Source: Deinococcus sp. (GTDB lineage Bacteria; Deinococcota; Deinococci; Deinococcales; Deinococcaceae). Taken from it: DNA of 64,000 bases. The position numbers were made by a program, and so were the translations under genes. The notes under the pieces are model-generated. The model did no database searches and was not told the DNA's origin. It saw only the letters and a list, made by a program, of their open reading frames with translations. The stretch lies in assembly GCA_965261005.1 (NCBI GenBank), contig OZ253376.1:32001-96000 (forward strand), written 5' to 3'. Shown piece by piece: positions 10,817-20,348 of this stretch; within the stretch, counting starts at the first letter, position 1, and each line of letters opens with the position of its first letter.

Positions 10817-11635
10817 GTGCATTACCGCGAGTTCCCGCCCGACGCCCGCCTGAGCCATCTGGTGCGGGCCTACTTACAGATGGACGACTACCGCGAGGTC
10901 GGCCAAGAGGAACACCGCTTCATGCCGGAGCGCTTGGTGCGCCTGACCTTCTACGCCGGGTCAACTTGGCGCGGTTCGGTGACGGGCGGCGACCTCACGC
11001 CGATGCCGAGCGCGTCGCTGACGGGCCTGACCCTGACGCCGCTGCGGGCGGTGTCGCTCGGCGCCACCAAAGCGCTGGGCGTGGAACTGTATCCCTGGGG
11101 AGCGCGGCAACTCTTTGGCTGGGACTTCCATATGTCCAGCCTGGATTTGAGCCTGAAGCATCCCCTGCTGGCCCGCGCCGTCGAGGCCCTCTTGGGCCTC
11201 GACGCCTGGGATGAGGCGCGGCAACTGCTGGAAGACTGGCTGCTGGGACTGCTCTCGGAGCGTGGGCAAGAGCTGAAGGCTGGCGCTGGGGCCGCCGTAG
11301 AACTCTACAAAAGTCTGGGGCAAACCAGAATAGGCACGCTGGCCGAAAAACTCAACTTGAGTCCCCGGCAATTGGAACGGCAATTCGTGGCGGAAGTCGG
11401 GGTGGGCGCCAAAACTTTGGCGCGCCTGATCCGCTTCGAGGAAGTCCGCAATCGTCTGTGGCGCGATCCCCAGCTGCCGCTGGCACAACTCGCCTATGAA
11501 CTCGGCTTCGCCGATCAGGCGCACCTCACGCGGGAATTCAAGGCGCTCTCCTTCATGACGCCGCGCAGCTTCGGGCAGTTCGTGCAGCTCGACAGCCACC
11601 GGCCACACACCCAGCCGGACGCTGACGCCGGGTGA
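10817..11635 (+). CDS. AraC family regulator (DUF6597-like N-terminus)
   Basis: [18 protein letters not shown]-terminus; [10 protein letters not shown]...[19 protein letters not shown] start inferred. Confidence 0.88.
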   Translation: MHYREFPPDARLSHLVRAYLQMDDYREVGQEEHRFMPERLVRLTFYAGSTWRGSVTGGDLTPMPSASLTGLTLTPLRAVSLGATKALGVELYPWGARQLFGWDFHMSSLDLSLKHPLLARAVEALLGLDAWDEARQLLEDWLLGLLSERGQELKAGAGAAVELYKSLGQTRIGTLAEKLNLSPRQLERQFVAEVGVGAKTLARLIRFEEVRNRLWRDPQLPLAQLAYELGFADQAHLTREFKALSFMTPRSFGQFVQLDSHRPHTQPDADAG

Positions 11636-11716
11636 GGTCGGGTAGCTTGGCGAAACGCGCGGGCCAGCGCGCCCGACCGTCTTGTCAACAACATTTGGAA
11701 CTTCTAGGGTGAGAGC

Positions 11717-12118
11717 GTGAACAAGTCGGACGTGAGTCAGGGCCAGTCGGCAGCAGAACTCATCTCGCGGAGAATCGCCGAACTCGGGGATTGGCGCGGG
11801 GAAACCCTCGGAAAAGTGCGCGAGCTTATTCAGGCCGCAGACCCGGAGATCGTCGAGGAGTGGAAGTGGGGCGTTCCGGTTTGGTCGCGCGGGGGCATCA
11901 TCTGTACGGGCGAAGTCTACAAAAAGGCCGTGAAGCTGACTTTCCCGAGGGGCGCGGCCTTAAGCGATCCAGCCCGGCTCTTCAACGCGAGCCTGGGCGG
12001 CAAGGCGCGCCGCGCGATTGACATTCACGAGGGCGAGGACGTTGACGGGTCCGCCTTGCAGGCGCTCGTTCGCCAAGCGGTCGCCCTCAACGGTTCTGGC
12101 CCGCCGAACCCCAGCTGA
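11717..12118 (+). CDS. DUF1801 (YdhG-like) family protein
   Basis: DWRGETL...ADPEIVEEWKWGVPVW...FNASLGGKARRAID; leaderless TAGGGT-6 nt-GTG. Confidence 0.85.
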   Translation: MNKSDVSQGQSAAELISRRIAELGDWRGETLGKVRELIQAADPEIVEEWKWGVPVWSRGGIICTGEVYKKAVKLTFPRGAALSDPARLFNASLGGKARRAIDIHEGEDVDGSALQALVRQAVALNGSGPPNPS

Positions 12119-12128
12119 TTTTTGGCGC

Positions 12129-12170
12129 GTCGCTTTTGTTCAAGACCCGCCACTCTCGGGCGTCTAGCCT
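12129..12170 (+). promoter_or_regulatory. Putative AraC box (copy 2) and -10 box of the leaderless MFS gene
   Basis: GTCGCTTTTGTTCAAGAC ends 18 nt before TAGCCT, which lies 6 nt before ATG 12177. Confidence 0.55.
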
Positions 12171-12176
12171 GAACGC

Positions 12177-13418
12177 ATGACTGAATCTCTCGACCTCCCC
12201 GCCAAGAAAGCCCCGCTCCTCTTCCTGCTGGTTACCGCCTTCCTTTTCGCCACCGGCATCAGCCTGATCTTTCCAGTGCTGCCGTTTATCGTCGCCAGAT
12301 ACGTGCCGCAAGTCTCGCAGCAGGCCGCCGTCATCGGTTTGCTGGGCGCGGCCTACGCCTTCATCTCGTTCTTCTCGGCGCCGGTGCTGGGCACGCTCAG
12401 CGACGCCTACGGACGCCGACCGATTTTAATTCTCAGCCTGACGGGTTCGGCCATCGGCTACATTCTCTTCGGCATCGGCGGCAGTTTGTGGGTGCTGTTT
12501 ATCGGGCGCGTCATCGAAGGGCTGTTCGCGGGCGGCTTCGGCGCACTCTTCGGCTACGTCGCCGACATCACGCCAGAAGAGGAGCGCGGCAAGGTTTTCG
12601 GGCAGATCGGCGCGACGACCGGCGCGGCCTTTATCCTCGGCCCGGCGATTGGCGGCCTGGCCTCGCACCTCAGCCTCGGCGCCCCGATGTTTCTGGCGGC
12701 GGGCGTGTCGCTGCTCAACATGCTGTGGGGCCTGTTCGTGCTGCCGGAAAGTTTGCCGATCTCACGGCGCAGCAAGCACTTCGACGCCTCGCACCTCAAT
12801 CCGCTCAAGCAACTTTCCGGGGCACTCGCGTATCCGGCGGTGCGGCGGCTGGTCACCGTCAGCGTCATGTTCTTGCTGCCGCTGTCCATCATCCAGGTCA
12901 CGTTGGCGCTGCTGGGGCGCGACACCCTCGGCTGGGGGCCGTCGCAGGTCAGCACGCTGTTTATCATCATCGGCGCAACCGACATCGTGGCGCAGGGCGT
13001 GGCGCTGCCGTTTCTCATCAGGGCGTTTAAGGAACGCGGCGTGGCCGTCCTGGGCCTCTCGCTGGGCGCCGTCGGGATGCTTGGCATGGCCTTGCTGCCC
13101 GTTTTCCCACACGCCGCGCTGCTGTACGTCAGCACCCTGGCCTTTGCCGTCGGCGAGGGGATTTTTACCGCCGCCCAGAACACCCTGATCTCCATTGCCG
13201 CGCCCACGGACGCGCAGGGCCAGGTACAGGGCGGGGCGGAGGCGTTCGGCTCGCTGGCGCAGGTCGTGGGGCCGCTGGGCGGCGGGCAACTCTACTCACG
13301 CCTCGGCCCCGGCGCGACCTACGGCACGACGGCGGCGCTGGTGCTGGCGGCGCTGGGGTTGCTGCTGGGGCAGAAGCCGCTGGCCGCAGGCGAGGGACGG
13401 GCGCCGGAGGTGGGGTGA
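12177..13418 (+). CDS. MFS transporter, TetA/DHA1 drug:H+ antiporter-like
   Basis: About 12 TM helices; motif [12 protein letters not shown]; motif C-like [14 protein letters not shown]. Confidence 0.9.
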   Translation: MTESLDLPAKKAPLLFLLVTAFLFATGISLIFPVLPFIVARYVPQVSQQAAVIGLLGAAYAFISFFSAPVLGTLSDAYGRRPILILSLTGSAIGYILFGIGGSLWVLFIGRVIEGLFAGGFGALFGYVADITPEEERGKVFGQIGATTGAAFILGPAIGGLASHLSLGAPMFLAAGVSLLNMLWGLFVLPESLPISRRSKHFDASHLNPLKQLSGALAYPAVRRLVTVSVMFLLPLSIIQVTLALLGRDTLGWGPSQVSTLFIIIGATDIVAQGVALPFLIRAFKERGVAVLGLSLGAVGMLGMALLPVFPHAALLYVSTLAFAVGEGIFTAAQNTLISIAAPTDAQGQVQGGAEAFGSLAQVVGPLGGGQLYSRLGPGATYGTTAALVLAALGLLLGQKPLAAGEGRAPEVG

Positions 13419-13428
13419 TAAGAATTCC

Positions 13429-13457
13429 GAAAATTTCCGTACAGTACGGAAATTTTC
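13429..13457. repeat. Perfect 14-bp inverted repeat with a 1-nt spacer
   Basis: GAAAATTTCCGTAC-A-GTACGGAAATTTTC, just after the MFS stop. Confidence 0.85.
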
Positions 13458-13480
13458 CGAGCGGCGCGAGGAGGAAAGAG

Positions 13481-13551
13481 ATACGGGTTTCGCGGTCTGG
13501 AGCACCATCGGGCGCTTTCTCGGGTGTTGTACAACGTTGCGGAATCCGTAT
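13481..13551. mobile_element. Short MITE/SNR-like element, copy 1
   Basis: Ends ATACGGGTTTCGC ... GCGGAATCCGTAT (13-bp TIR, 2 mismatches); the same ends occur at 55247-55340. Confidence 0.6.
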
Positions 13552-13639
13552 GGCACCTTCGGCCGCTTGAGGTCTTGGCGCGTTGATCGGCCCATCCCCA
13601 CACTTGCAAACGGCCGCATAAGTGGATACACTTTGACTA

Positions 13640-13670
13640 GTTCGATATACCTTACTCGGGTATATCGAAC
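13640..13670. promoter_or_regulatory. Palindromic operator upstream of the CMD-MBL-cupin-GntR cluster
   Basis: GTTCGATATACC-7 nt-GGTATATCGAAC with perfect 12-bp arms, next to TTGACT and before the GGAGG RBS. Confidence 0.7.
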
Positions 13671-13687
13671 AACATGGAGGTGCAAGA

Positions 13688-14068
13688 GTGGACAATCTCC
13701 GCTACGAGCAGGGCCTGGCCGTCTACGCCAGCCAATTCCAGATTCCGCCCGCAGAGGTGGAAGCATGGTTCGCCGAACACGCCGGTGAGCGTGCGGGGAG
13801 AGAAGCGATCCTCTCGGCGGCGGGCGCGTGGGTTGACGACGAACTCAGTTTGCGCGACCGCAGTCTGGTGGTGGTCGCCGCGCTGATCACCCAAGGCGGG
13901 GCCGAGCCACAGCTGCGCGTGCATACCCGCTGGGCCGTCCAGCACGGCTGCACGCGGGCGCAACTTGAGGCGCTCGCCACCCTCCTCGGCGTTTACGCGG
14001 GCTACCCGCGCGCTGGGGCCGGGCTGACGATTGTGCGCGACGAACTCGCCAAGCTTGAGGCTCAGTAA
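13688..14068 (+). CDS. Carboxymuconolactone decarboxylase family protein
   Basis: LSLRDRSLVVVAAL...QLRVHTRWAVQHG...YAGYPRA pattern. Confidence 0.85.
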   Translation: MDNLRYEQGLAVYASQFQIPPAEVEAWFAEHAGERAGREAILSAAGAWVDDELSLRDRSLVVVAALITQGGAEPQLRVHTRWAVQHGCTRAQLEALATLLGVYAGYPRAGAGLTIVRDELAKLEAQ

Positions 14069-14082
14069 CGACCGGCGGGACG

Positions 14083-14125
14083 GCCAGACGCCAGATAGCC
14101 AGATGCCAGATAGCCAGACGCCAAG
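14083..14125 (+). repeat. Intergenic tandem repeat of GCCAGAY/GCCAGATA units
   Basis: GCCAGAC GCCAGATA GCCAGAT GCCAGATA GCCAGAC GCCAAG. Confidence 0.8.
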
Positions 14126-14186
14126 CGACCGCCGCCGTTTATCAGGAGCACGGACCACAGCGGTCCACCAGATGGAGGAGACCATT

Positions 14187-15080
14187 ATGAGCGACGCGAA
14201 CACAGCCCAACCCGGCATCAATCCGCAGGCTCCGCCCCCCATGGTTCATGGCAGTCCCACCCAAGTCGCCGACGGCGTGTTTGTCATTTCCGACGGCCGG
14301 GTGCCGCTCGTCCCGAACATCGGCGTCATCGTCGGCGACCGGGCCGCGCTCGTCGTTGACTGCGGCCTGGGACCGAGGAACGGCGCGATCACGCACCAGA
14401 TCGCCAGAAGCCTCGCGGGCGATAAGCCGCTGTTCCTGACCCTCACCCACTTTCACCCCGAGCACGGCTTCGGCGCCCAGGCGTTCCGCGATTCGACGAT
14501 CCTCTACAACCGCGCGCAGCACGAGGAATTCCGCCAAAAGGCCGGCGGCTACCTGGAGCAATTCCGCCACTTTGGCGGGGCGGTCGCCGAGCAGCTCGAA
14601 GGTGTGGAGTTCGTCGATCCACAGGTGGTCTACGACGGCGGCGCCGATCTCGACCTCGGCGGCAAGCTGGTGCAGCTGAGAGCGGTCGGCCCGGCACACA
14701 GCCGCGGCGATCAGACCATCTGGCTGCCGAACGAGCGCGTCCTGTTCACCGGCGACCTCGTCGAGGACCGCTTCTACCCGATCCTGCCCTTCATCCCGCC
14801 GTACGACGTGGATGTCGATGTCCGCCGCTGGATCACCAGCATGGACGAACTTCAGGGCTGCGGCCCACGGGTCGTCGTCCCCGGTCACGGCGAGCTCGGC
14901 GACGCCGGCCTGCTCGCGGTCACGCGCGGGTATCTGACCCTGCTGCGGTCGGAGACGAAGCGGCTCGCCGCTGAGATCATCGCGGCCCTCGACTCGCAGT
15001 TCCGCACCCGCTACCCGGACTGGGACACGTCCGAGCCGTGGAGAATCGCGACCGGCGTCCAGGCCGTGCTCGCGGAGTGA
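14187..15080 (+). CDS. MBL-fold metallo-hydrolase
   Basis: THFHPEHG, AHSRGD, LFTGD and VPGHG motifs; GGAGGAG RBS. Confidence 0.9.
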   Translation: MSDANTAQPGINPQAPPPMVHGSPTQVADGVFVISDGRVPLVPNIGVIVGDRAALVVDCGLGPRNGAITHQIARSLAGDKPLFLTLTHFHPEHGFGAQAFRDSTILYNRAQHEEFRQKAGGYLEQFRHFGGAVAEQLEGVEFVDPQVVYDGGADLDLGGKLVQLRAVGPAHSRGDQTIWLPNERVLFTGDLVEDRFYPILPFIPPYDVDVDVRRWITSMDELQGCGPRVVVPGHGELGDAGLLAVTRGYLTLLRSETKRLAAEIIAALDSQFRTRYPDWDTSEPWRIATGVQAVLAE

Positions 15081-15203
15081 GGCGGCCGGAATCCTGGGCG
15101 CGTCTCTGATGAAAGTTGAGGTGCACGTCGGAGAGCCAGCCGCGTTCGCCCTAACCCGCCATGTTTGCCTCATACCGCGATTTTTACAAAGGGAGAAACC
15201 AAC

Positions 15204-15647
15204 ATGTCAGACGTACACCTGATTGCAGCCGACGGCGGCGAACCGCTCAAGATCGGTCAGACACGGATTCGCGTGCTCGAGGATGGATCACGCACCGACA
15301 ACCGGATCGGCGCGCTCGCGTCCATGTTGCCCGCCGGCGTCTCCGGGCCGCCGCAACACCGCCACCTCATGCACGACGAGACGTTTCTCGTCACCAGTGG
15401 CACCCTCCGGTTCATCCTTGGTGACACGCATCAGGACGCCAAGGTCGGCGACTACGTCGTCGTGCCCGTCGGGGCGCCGCACACGTTCGCCAACGTCTCC
15501 GACGCGCCCGTCGAGTTCTTGAGCACCTTCACGCCGGCCTACTACGTCAACTACTTCCGCGAAATCGCAGCGCTTAGCGCCGAGGGTCGGCCGAGTCCTG
15601 AAGCAGCCCTCTCGGTGATGCTGCGGTATGCGACCGTGCCCGCCTAA
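15204..15647 (+). CDS. Cupin domain protein
   Basis: PPQHRHLMHDETF...GDYVVVPVGAPHTFAN cupin motifs. Confidence 0.88.
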   Translation: MSDVHLIAADGGEPLKIGQTRIRVLEDGSRTDNRIGALASMLPAGVSGPPQHRHLMHDETFLVTSGTLRFILGDTHQDAKVGDYVVVPVGAPHTFANVSDAPVEFLSTFTPAYYVNYFREIAALSAEGRPSPEAALSVMLRYATVPA

Positions 15648-15752
15648 CGGCGAAGCGCGACTCGTCACCCCGATGAGGACACGTCCGAGCTATGAAAAGT
15701 TGCGACCGGCGTGCAGACTTTTCTTGCATAATGACGTCACCAGGAGAAGCTC

Positions 15753-16502
15753 TTGACCCCCGCATTGATCCATTCGAACGCGCCGTCGCTGGTCCGCGAC
15801 GGCCTAAGCGTCGCCGCGGTGCACGACGGCCTGAGGAAGGCGATTTTGCGCGGCGAGCTGGAGCCGGGCACCAGTGTCTCCCAGGCACAACTGGCCGACG
15901 TGTTCGGCGCGGGGCGCACCCCCCTCCGCGAGGCCCTGCGGATGCTGCAAGGCGAGGGGCTGGTGATCGCCGCGCCCAACCGGCAAATGCGGATCGCGCC
16001 CTTGTCGGCGGAGAACTTCGAGGAACTCTTGATCGCGCGCTTGGCGCTGGAGACCGTCGCGATTCGCATCACGGTGCCCACCCTCACCTCAAGCGACCTC
16101 GCCGCGCTTGAGGGCTATCTGGCGCAAATGGAGCACTACCAGAAAGTCGGCGATCAGGCTGGCCTGCGGGGGCCACACCGGGCGTTTCACCGCGCCCTGG
16201 TGGCTGGTGTCGGACCCCGCGTCAGCGCCGAGATCAGCGAGTTGACCGACCACGTGGAGCGCTACCGGGTGCGTTACGGCACATTTGGGGGTTGGGACGA
16301 CCGCCGCGCCGAACACCGGGCCATTCTCGATGCCGCCGCTGCCGGCGACGCCGACCTCGCCGCCGACCGCCTCGCCGAACATTACGTGCGAACCGTCCCC
16401 CTCGTGTTCAGCGCCCTCGACCGCGACCACGATCTCGGCCGACTGCGCACCACCCTGCGGGCCGTCGCGCCGGGCGCCGAAGCGGCCCTGAAGGACGGCT
16501 GA
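15753..16502 (+). CDS. GntR family regulator (FCD domain)
   Basis: LRKAILRGELEPG...GRTPLREALRMLQGEGLV wHTH; HRAFH and EHRAILDA FCD motifs. Confidence 0.9.
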   Translation: MTPALIHSNAPSLVRDGLSVAAVHDGLRKAILRGELEPGTSVSQAQLADVFGAGRTPLREALRMLQGEGLVIAAPNRQMRIAPLSAENFEELLIARLALETVAIRITVPTLTSSDLAALEGYLAQMEHYQKVGDQAGLRGPHRAFHRALVAGVGPRVSAEISELTDHVERYRVRYGTFGGWDDRRAEHRAILDAAAAGDADLAADRLAEHYVRTVPLVFSALDRDHDLGRLRTTLRAVAPGAEAALKDG

Positions 16503-16518
16503 TACGGACTCCGCAACG
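16502..16518 (+). repeat. Lone terminal repeat of the MITE/SNR-like family
   Basis: ATACGGACTCCGCAACG overlaps the GntR stop; matches the reverse complement of 13535-13551 with 1 mismatch. Confidence 0.6.
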
Positions 16519-16638
16519 CCCTCTTGAATCCCAACCATCCCGGCTTCTTTGCCGCCGTGACGCCCGGCGAGGTGCGCGACCTCGATTGGGACCCGCGTCT
16601 GCTCAGCCCGATGGGCGGCCGAAGCGGTGAGCGGCATT

Positions 16639-17829
16639 TCATGGGTTTGATGTCCGCGCGACCGAGTTGGGCAGGAAGAACACCCCGTCGGTTTGCCCGA
16701 GGTGTTCGGGTTCCAGGGCAGAGTAGCGAGTCCCCGCCGTGTCCGTTCTTTTCGTCAGCGACGGGGGAAGCTTGGGGAGCAGGGCTGGGGTGGCGTACAG
16801 GTAAGGCGAGCTGGTCCGTTGGCTGAGCCACCCTTCCAGGGTGCCCGGCTGGGGCGCGGGCAGGCCCTCACCCTCACCGCAGGACATGGCGATGAAGACG
16901 TACTGCTGGCCCATTCGCAAGGTGAGGTGCGCCCCGGCGGGCCACCACTCCATCCGCGCGGTCCCGAGCTTCATCCGGCTGGCGCCGCGCCCCAGGTGCG
17001 AGTTGTGGGCGAAGACCAATGTGGGGCCGCGCGGCGCTTCCCGCTCGGCGATGGCGCTGAGGTTGCCGGCCATCATCACAGCTCGCAGCGCCATCATTCG
17101 TGAAACGCGCTGCGGTGAGCTGTCCGCCATGTTGGCGTGGTAGCGCAAGAGGCCCAGGGCCGTCCGGGCGTGCAGGCGGGCGTGCCACAGGGCGTCGGCC
17201 TGAAGGATCAGGCGGGGCGTCTCCATCTCCAGCAGGGCCAGCAGGTCGTCGGCGAGCGCCCACAACTGCCAAGCGTCCCCCGTTCCGCCGACGGACTGGG
17301 CGGGGTCCAGCGCCGCCGCCGGGTTGGTCCAGCGGGCGTCATCGCCACACAGGCAGATGATGGTGGCCTCGTCCGCCGGCAAGTGGATCATGTGCTCGGC
17401 CAAGAAAGCGTGCAGCGCGAGCAGGGCGTGCTTTGGGCTGGCCGCCCACCTGTTCTCGATTGGCGGGTCAAAGCCGTAGAAGTGCAGCATGTCGGCCTCG
17501 CCGCGCCCGGCGTTGAACTGGCGCGTCCAGGCGACCAGCTCGCGGTTGGCCTGCATCTCGCCAAAACCGTGGCTGAAAGCGTGCCGCATGACTTCGTCCA
17601 GCGTGTCTTGGCCCGACATGACGTGAGCGTTCGCCCGCAACCCGGCGATCACGTCACTTTCGATGGCGATGGAGCGGAAGCCGTGCTGCTCCACCAGCGT
17701 TTGGAAGATGCGGTTGCGCCACGCCGGAAAGGCAGAGACGCCGTGGGTCGGTTCGCCCAGCGCCAAGAGTTGTGGCGTGGTGGGCAAGCTGCTCAGAAAG
17801 GAGGTGAGGGCGGCACCCGGCTCGGTCAT
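16639..17829 (-). CDS. Erythromycin esterase family protein
   Basis: LALGEPTHG, GFRSIAIESD, FYGFD and VFAHNSH motifs. Confidence 0.87.
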   Translation of the reverse strand: MTEPGAALTSFLSSLPTTPQLLALGEPTHGVSAFPAWRNRIFQTLVEQHGFRSIAIESDVIAGLRANAHVMSGQDTLDEVMRHAFSHGFGEMQANRELVAWTRQFNAGRGEADMLHFYGFDPPIENRWAASPKHALLALHAFLAEHMIHLPADEATIICLCGDDARWTNPAAALDPAQSVGGTGDAWQLWALADDLLALLEMETPRLILQADALWHARLHARTALGLLRYHANMADSSPQRVSRMMALRAVMMAGNLSAIAEREAPRGPTLVFAHNSHLGRGASRMKLGTARMEWWPAGAHLTLRMGQQYVFIAMSCGEGEGLPAPQPGTLEGWLSQRTSSPYLYATPALLPKLPPSLTKRTDTAGTRYSALEPEHLGQTDGVFFLPNSVARTSNP

Positions 17830-17950
17830 GTCTCAGCCGGTCTGCGGCATCTGGTTTGGCATGCTGTGCTCCTTTGCCGAAGGGCGCGCCCGCTTTGACT
17901 CCCTCAGCATTCCTGTGGAGCATGTGTGGAGGGTTACGGGTTTATCTTCA

Positions 17951-19276
17951 TCAAAACTTAATCCGCCGTGCCCCAAGCACAAGGCTGTCGAGAAAGGCGT
18001 TGCGGAACTTCCCCCCCGGATCGAAGGCGGCGCACAATTCCCGAAAGTCGGGCAACCTCGGGTAGAGCGCCTCCAGCTCGGCAAATCCCATCACGAAGAC
18101 CTTGCCCCAGTGCGGGCGCGCGCCGTAAGGCGCCAGGGCCGCCTCAACCTCCCCCAGCACTTCTCGCACCGCCGGCTCGTCCCGGCGCCAGGTGAAGTGA
18201 AAGGCGGCGCTGTCCCGCCCATAGGCCGGGCTGAGCCACAGGTCGTCGGCGGCCACCGTGCGCACTTCCGAGACCAGCAGCGCGGGCGCCAAGCGCTCCC
18301 CGAGGGCGAATAAAGCTTTCATGGCGGCGGGCGCGGCTTCCCTGGGCACGAAGTACTCGCTTTGCAGCTCCTCGCCGCTGCTGGGCGTGTGCGAAAGGCG
18401 AAAGTGCGGCAAACGCTCGAACCACGGCCCCGGAACGCCGAGCTGCGGGGTGCAGCTCGCGGCGGGCAGGCCGGGAATGGGGTGGTGCTCCCCCGTGGCG
18501 AGACGGGCGCCGAACCACGCGGGCGCGGGCGTGAAGGGCTTCTTCTGGTCCACGCGGCGCTTGAGCCAGGCCGTGTGAAAGACGTCCCCCCGCCAAGCGG
18601 TGAACAGGCTGACGCTGTCCGCCGCCGCCGTGACGGCCTCGAAGTTGGCCGCCACCTCCTCCAGGGACAGGTTCTCGTACACGTCTTGACGCACGTCGTA
18701 GGTCGGCTCCAGGTCCAGGGTAAGCTCCGTCACCACGCCCAGGGCGCCGAGGGACACGACCGCGCCGTTCCAGCGTTCGCCCGACGTTTCGCGCGACAGT
18801 TCTATAAGCCCGCCGTCCGCCGTCACCAACTCCAGGCTTGAGACCGCCGCCGCCAGCCCCTTCACCCGGTTGCCCGAGCCGTGCGTCCCCGTCGCGCAGG
18901 CTCCCGCGACGCCGATGTGCGGCAAGGACGCGAGGTTGGAGAGCGCAAAGCCGCGCCCGTGCAGAAAGCGGCCCAGTTCCCCGTAGCGCGCCCCGCCCTC
19001 GACCGTGACGGTGCGCCCGGTTTCGTCAAGGTTCAGGACGCGGTTGAGGTGTTCGAGCGAGATCGAGTCGCCCCGCGTGTCAGCAACCGAGCTGAAGGAG
19101 TGGCGCGTGCCCAGCACCTTGACCTTTTCGGCCCCGCGCACGGCGGCCAGCACCTCCTCCACGCTGCGCGGGCGGTGCCAGCGCGCCGCGTGGTACGCCA
19201 AGTTGCCGCCCCAGTTGCGCTCCCGCGCCGCCGGGTCATCTGGAATGGTTTCCGGAAGGGTCATGAACAGGGCCAT
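17951..19276 (-). CDS. FAD-linked alditol (xylitol) oxidase-like protein
   Basis: RNWGGN, GTRHSF, NLASLPHI, ATGTHGSG, ELQSEY, SEVR and RPHWGK motifs; start uncertain (19264-19291). Confidence 0.88.
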   Translation of the reverse strand: MALFMTLPETIPDDPAARERNWGGNLAYHAARWHRPRSVEEVLAAVRGAEKVKVLGTRHSFSSVADTRGDSISLEHLNRVLNLDETGRTVTVEGGARYGELGRFLHGRGFALSNLASLPHIGVAGACATGTHGSGNRVKGLAAAVSSLELVTADGGLIELSRETSGERWNGAVVSLGALGVVTELTLDLEPTYDVRQDVYENLSLEEVAANFEAVTAAADSVSLFTAWRGDVFHTAWLKRRVDQKKPFTPAPAWFGARLATGEHHPIPGLPAASCTPQLGVPGPWFERLPHFRLSHTPSSGEELQSEYFVPREAAPAAMKALFALGERLAPALLVSEVRTVAADDLWLSPAYGRDSAAFHFTWRRDEPAVREVLGEVEAALAPYGARPHWGKVFVMGFAELEALYPRLPDFRELCAAFDPGGKFRNAFLDSLVLGARRIKF

Positions 19277-19311
19277 GCTACCTGATCCCATGTGGCGCGC
19301 CTCACGCTTCT

Positions 19312-20316
19312 TCAGGTCGGCTTGCCCTCGGCGGCGCCCACCTCATCGCGCGCCAGCGTCGGCCGGCTACCGTTTTCGCGCAGCCAGGCCAGCAGCTGGC
19401 GCAAGCTGGCGGTCGCGAGGCCGATGGAGGTGTCGGCCTGGCCGTAGTAGACGTGCAGCGTGTCGCCGTCGTCTTGCAGCGTCGTGCCGCAGGGAAAGAC
19501 GACGTTGTCCACGTCGCCGACCCGCTCGGTCAGGTCGCGCGGCCCGAAGCACCACGGGTCGCTCCTTAAGAGGCAATGGTCGGGGCGCGCGAGGTCGAAC
19601 AGCGCCAGGCCGTTGCGGTACAGCACGCCCGAGCCGGTCGTCTTGACGCCGTGGTAGATCACCAGCCAGCCTTCCGGCGTCTCGATGGGCGGGGCGGACA
19701 AACCGATCTTGCGCGCGTCCCACCACGCGCCTGCCCGCGCCTCCAAAATGGTGCGGGTGCTGCCGAAGTGGCGCAAATTCTCGCTGTAGGCGAGGTTCAT
19801 GTTGGCGCTCATAACCGTGACGGGGCGGTGAATGGCCGCCCACTGCCCGTCAATGCGGCGCGGAAACAGCGCGGCGTCCTTGTCCTCGGGGGAAAAGATC
19901 AGGCCGCGCCGCTCGAAGGTCTCGAAGTCGTGCGTCAGGGCCAGCGCCACGCCCGGCCCGTTGCGCGAGTAGGCGGTGTAGAGAACGGCGTAGACGTCCT
20001 CCTCGGGCAGGTAGGTCACGCGCGAATCCTCGACGCCCCACTCCTCCTCGGGGTGGTCGGGGTGCGGCGCCAGGGTCGGCTGTGCATCAATTTGCCAAGC
20101 GCTCACCCCGTCGCGCGAGCGCGCCGCCGTCAAATGTGACAGGCCGCGAAAGTCCTCTACGCGGCACAGCAGCAGCGTCGAGCCGTCCTTTAAGCGGGTC
20201 GCGCCCGCGTTGAATACGGAGTTGGCCGGGTAGGGCCAGTCGGCGGCGGTCAGGATGGGGTTATCGTCGGCGCGGCGAAACAGGACGGGCGCGCGCTTGC
20301 GGCCAGGAAGCGTCAT
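19312..20316 (-). CDS. Glycoside hydrolase family 130-like (beta-mannoside phosphorylase/hydrolase)
   Basis: NSVFNAGA, WGVEDSRVT, EDKDAALFP, GWLVIYHGV and GDVDNVVFPCG motifs. Confidence 0.88.
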   Translation of the reverse strand: MTLPGRKRAPVLFRRADDNPILTAADWPYPANSVFNAGATRLKDGSTLLLCRVEDFRGLSHLTAARSRDGVSAWQIDAQPTLAPHPDHPEEEWGVEDSRVTYLPEEDVYAVLYTAYSRNGPGVALALTHDFETFERRGLIFSPEDKDAALFPRRIDGQWAAIHRPVTVMSANMNLAYSENLRHFGSTRTILEARAGAWWDARKIGLSAPPIETPEGWLVIYHGVKTTGSGVLYRNGLALFDLARPDHCLLRSDPWCFGPRDLTERVGDVDNVVFPCGTTLQDDGDTLHVYYGQADTSIGLATASLRQLLAWLRENGSRPTLARDEVGAAEGKPT

Positions 20317-20348
20317 GCGGCCACGCTAACACGCCGCCCCAGGGGGGG

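Noticed and set aside
12177..13418. Calling the MFS gene tetA, or the esterase at 16639-17829 ereA/ereB
   Set aside because: Family-level motifs only; substrate specificity cannot be established from sequence reading.
14083..14125. Possible CRISPR-like repeat
   Set aside because: Units are 7-8 bp with no spacers, and there are no cas genes.
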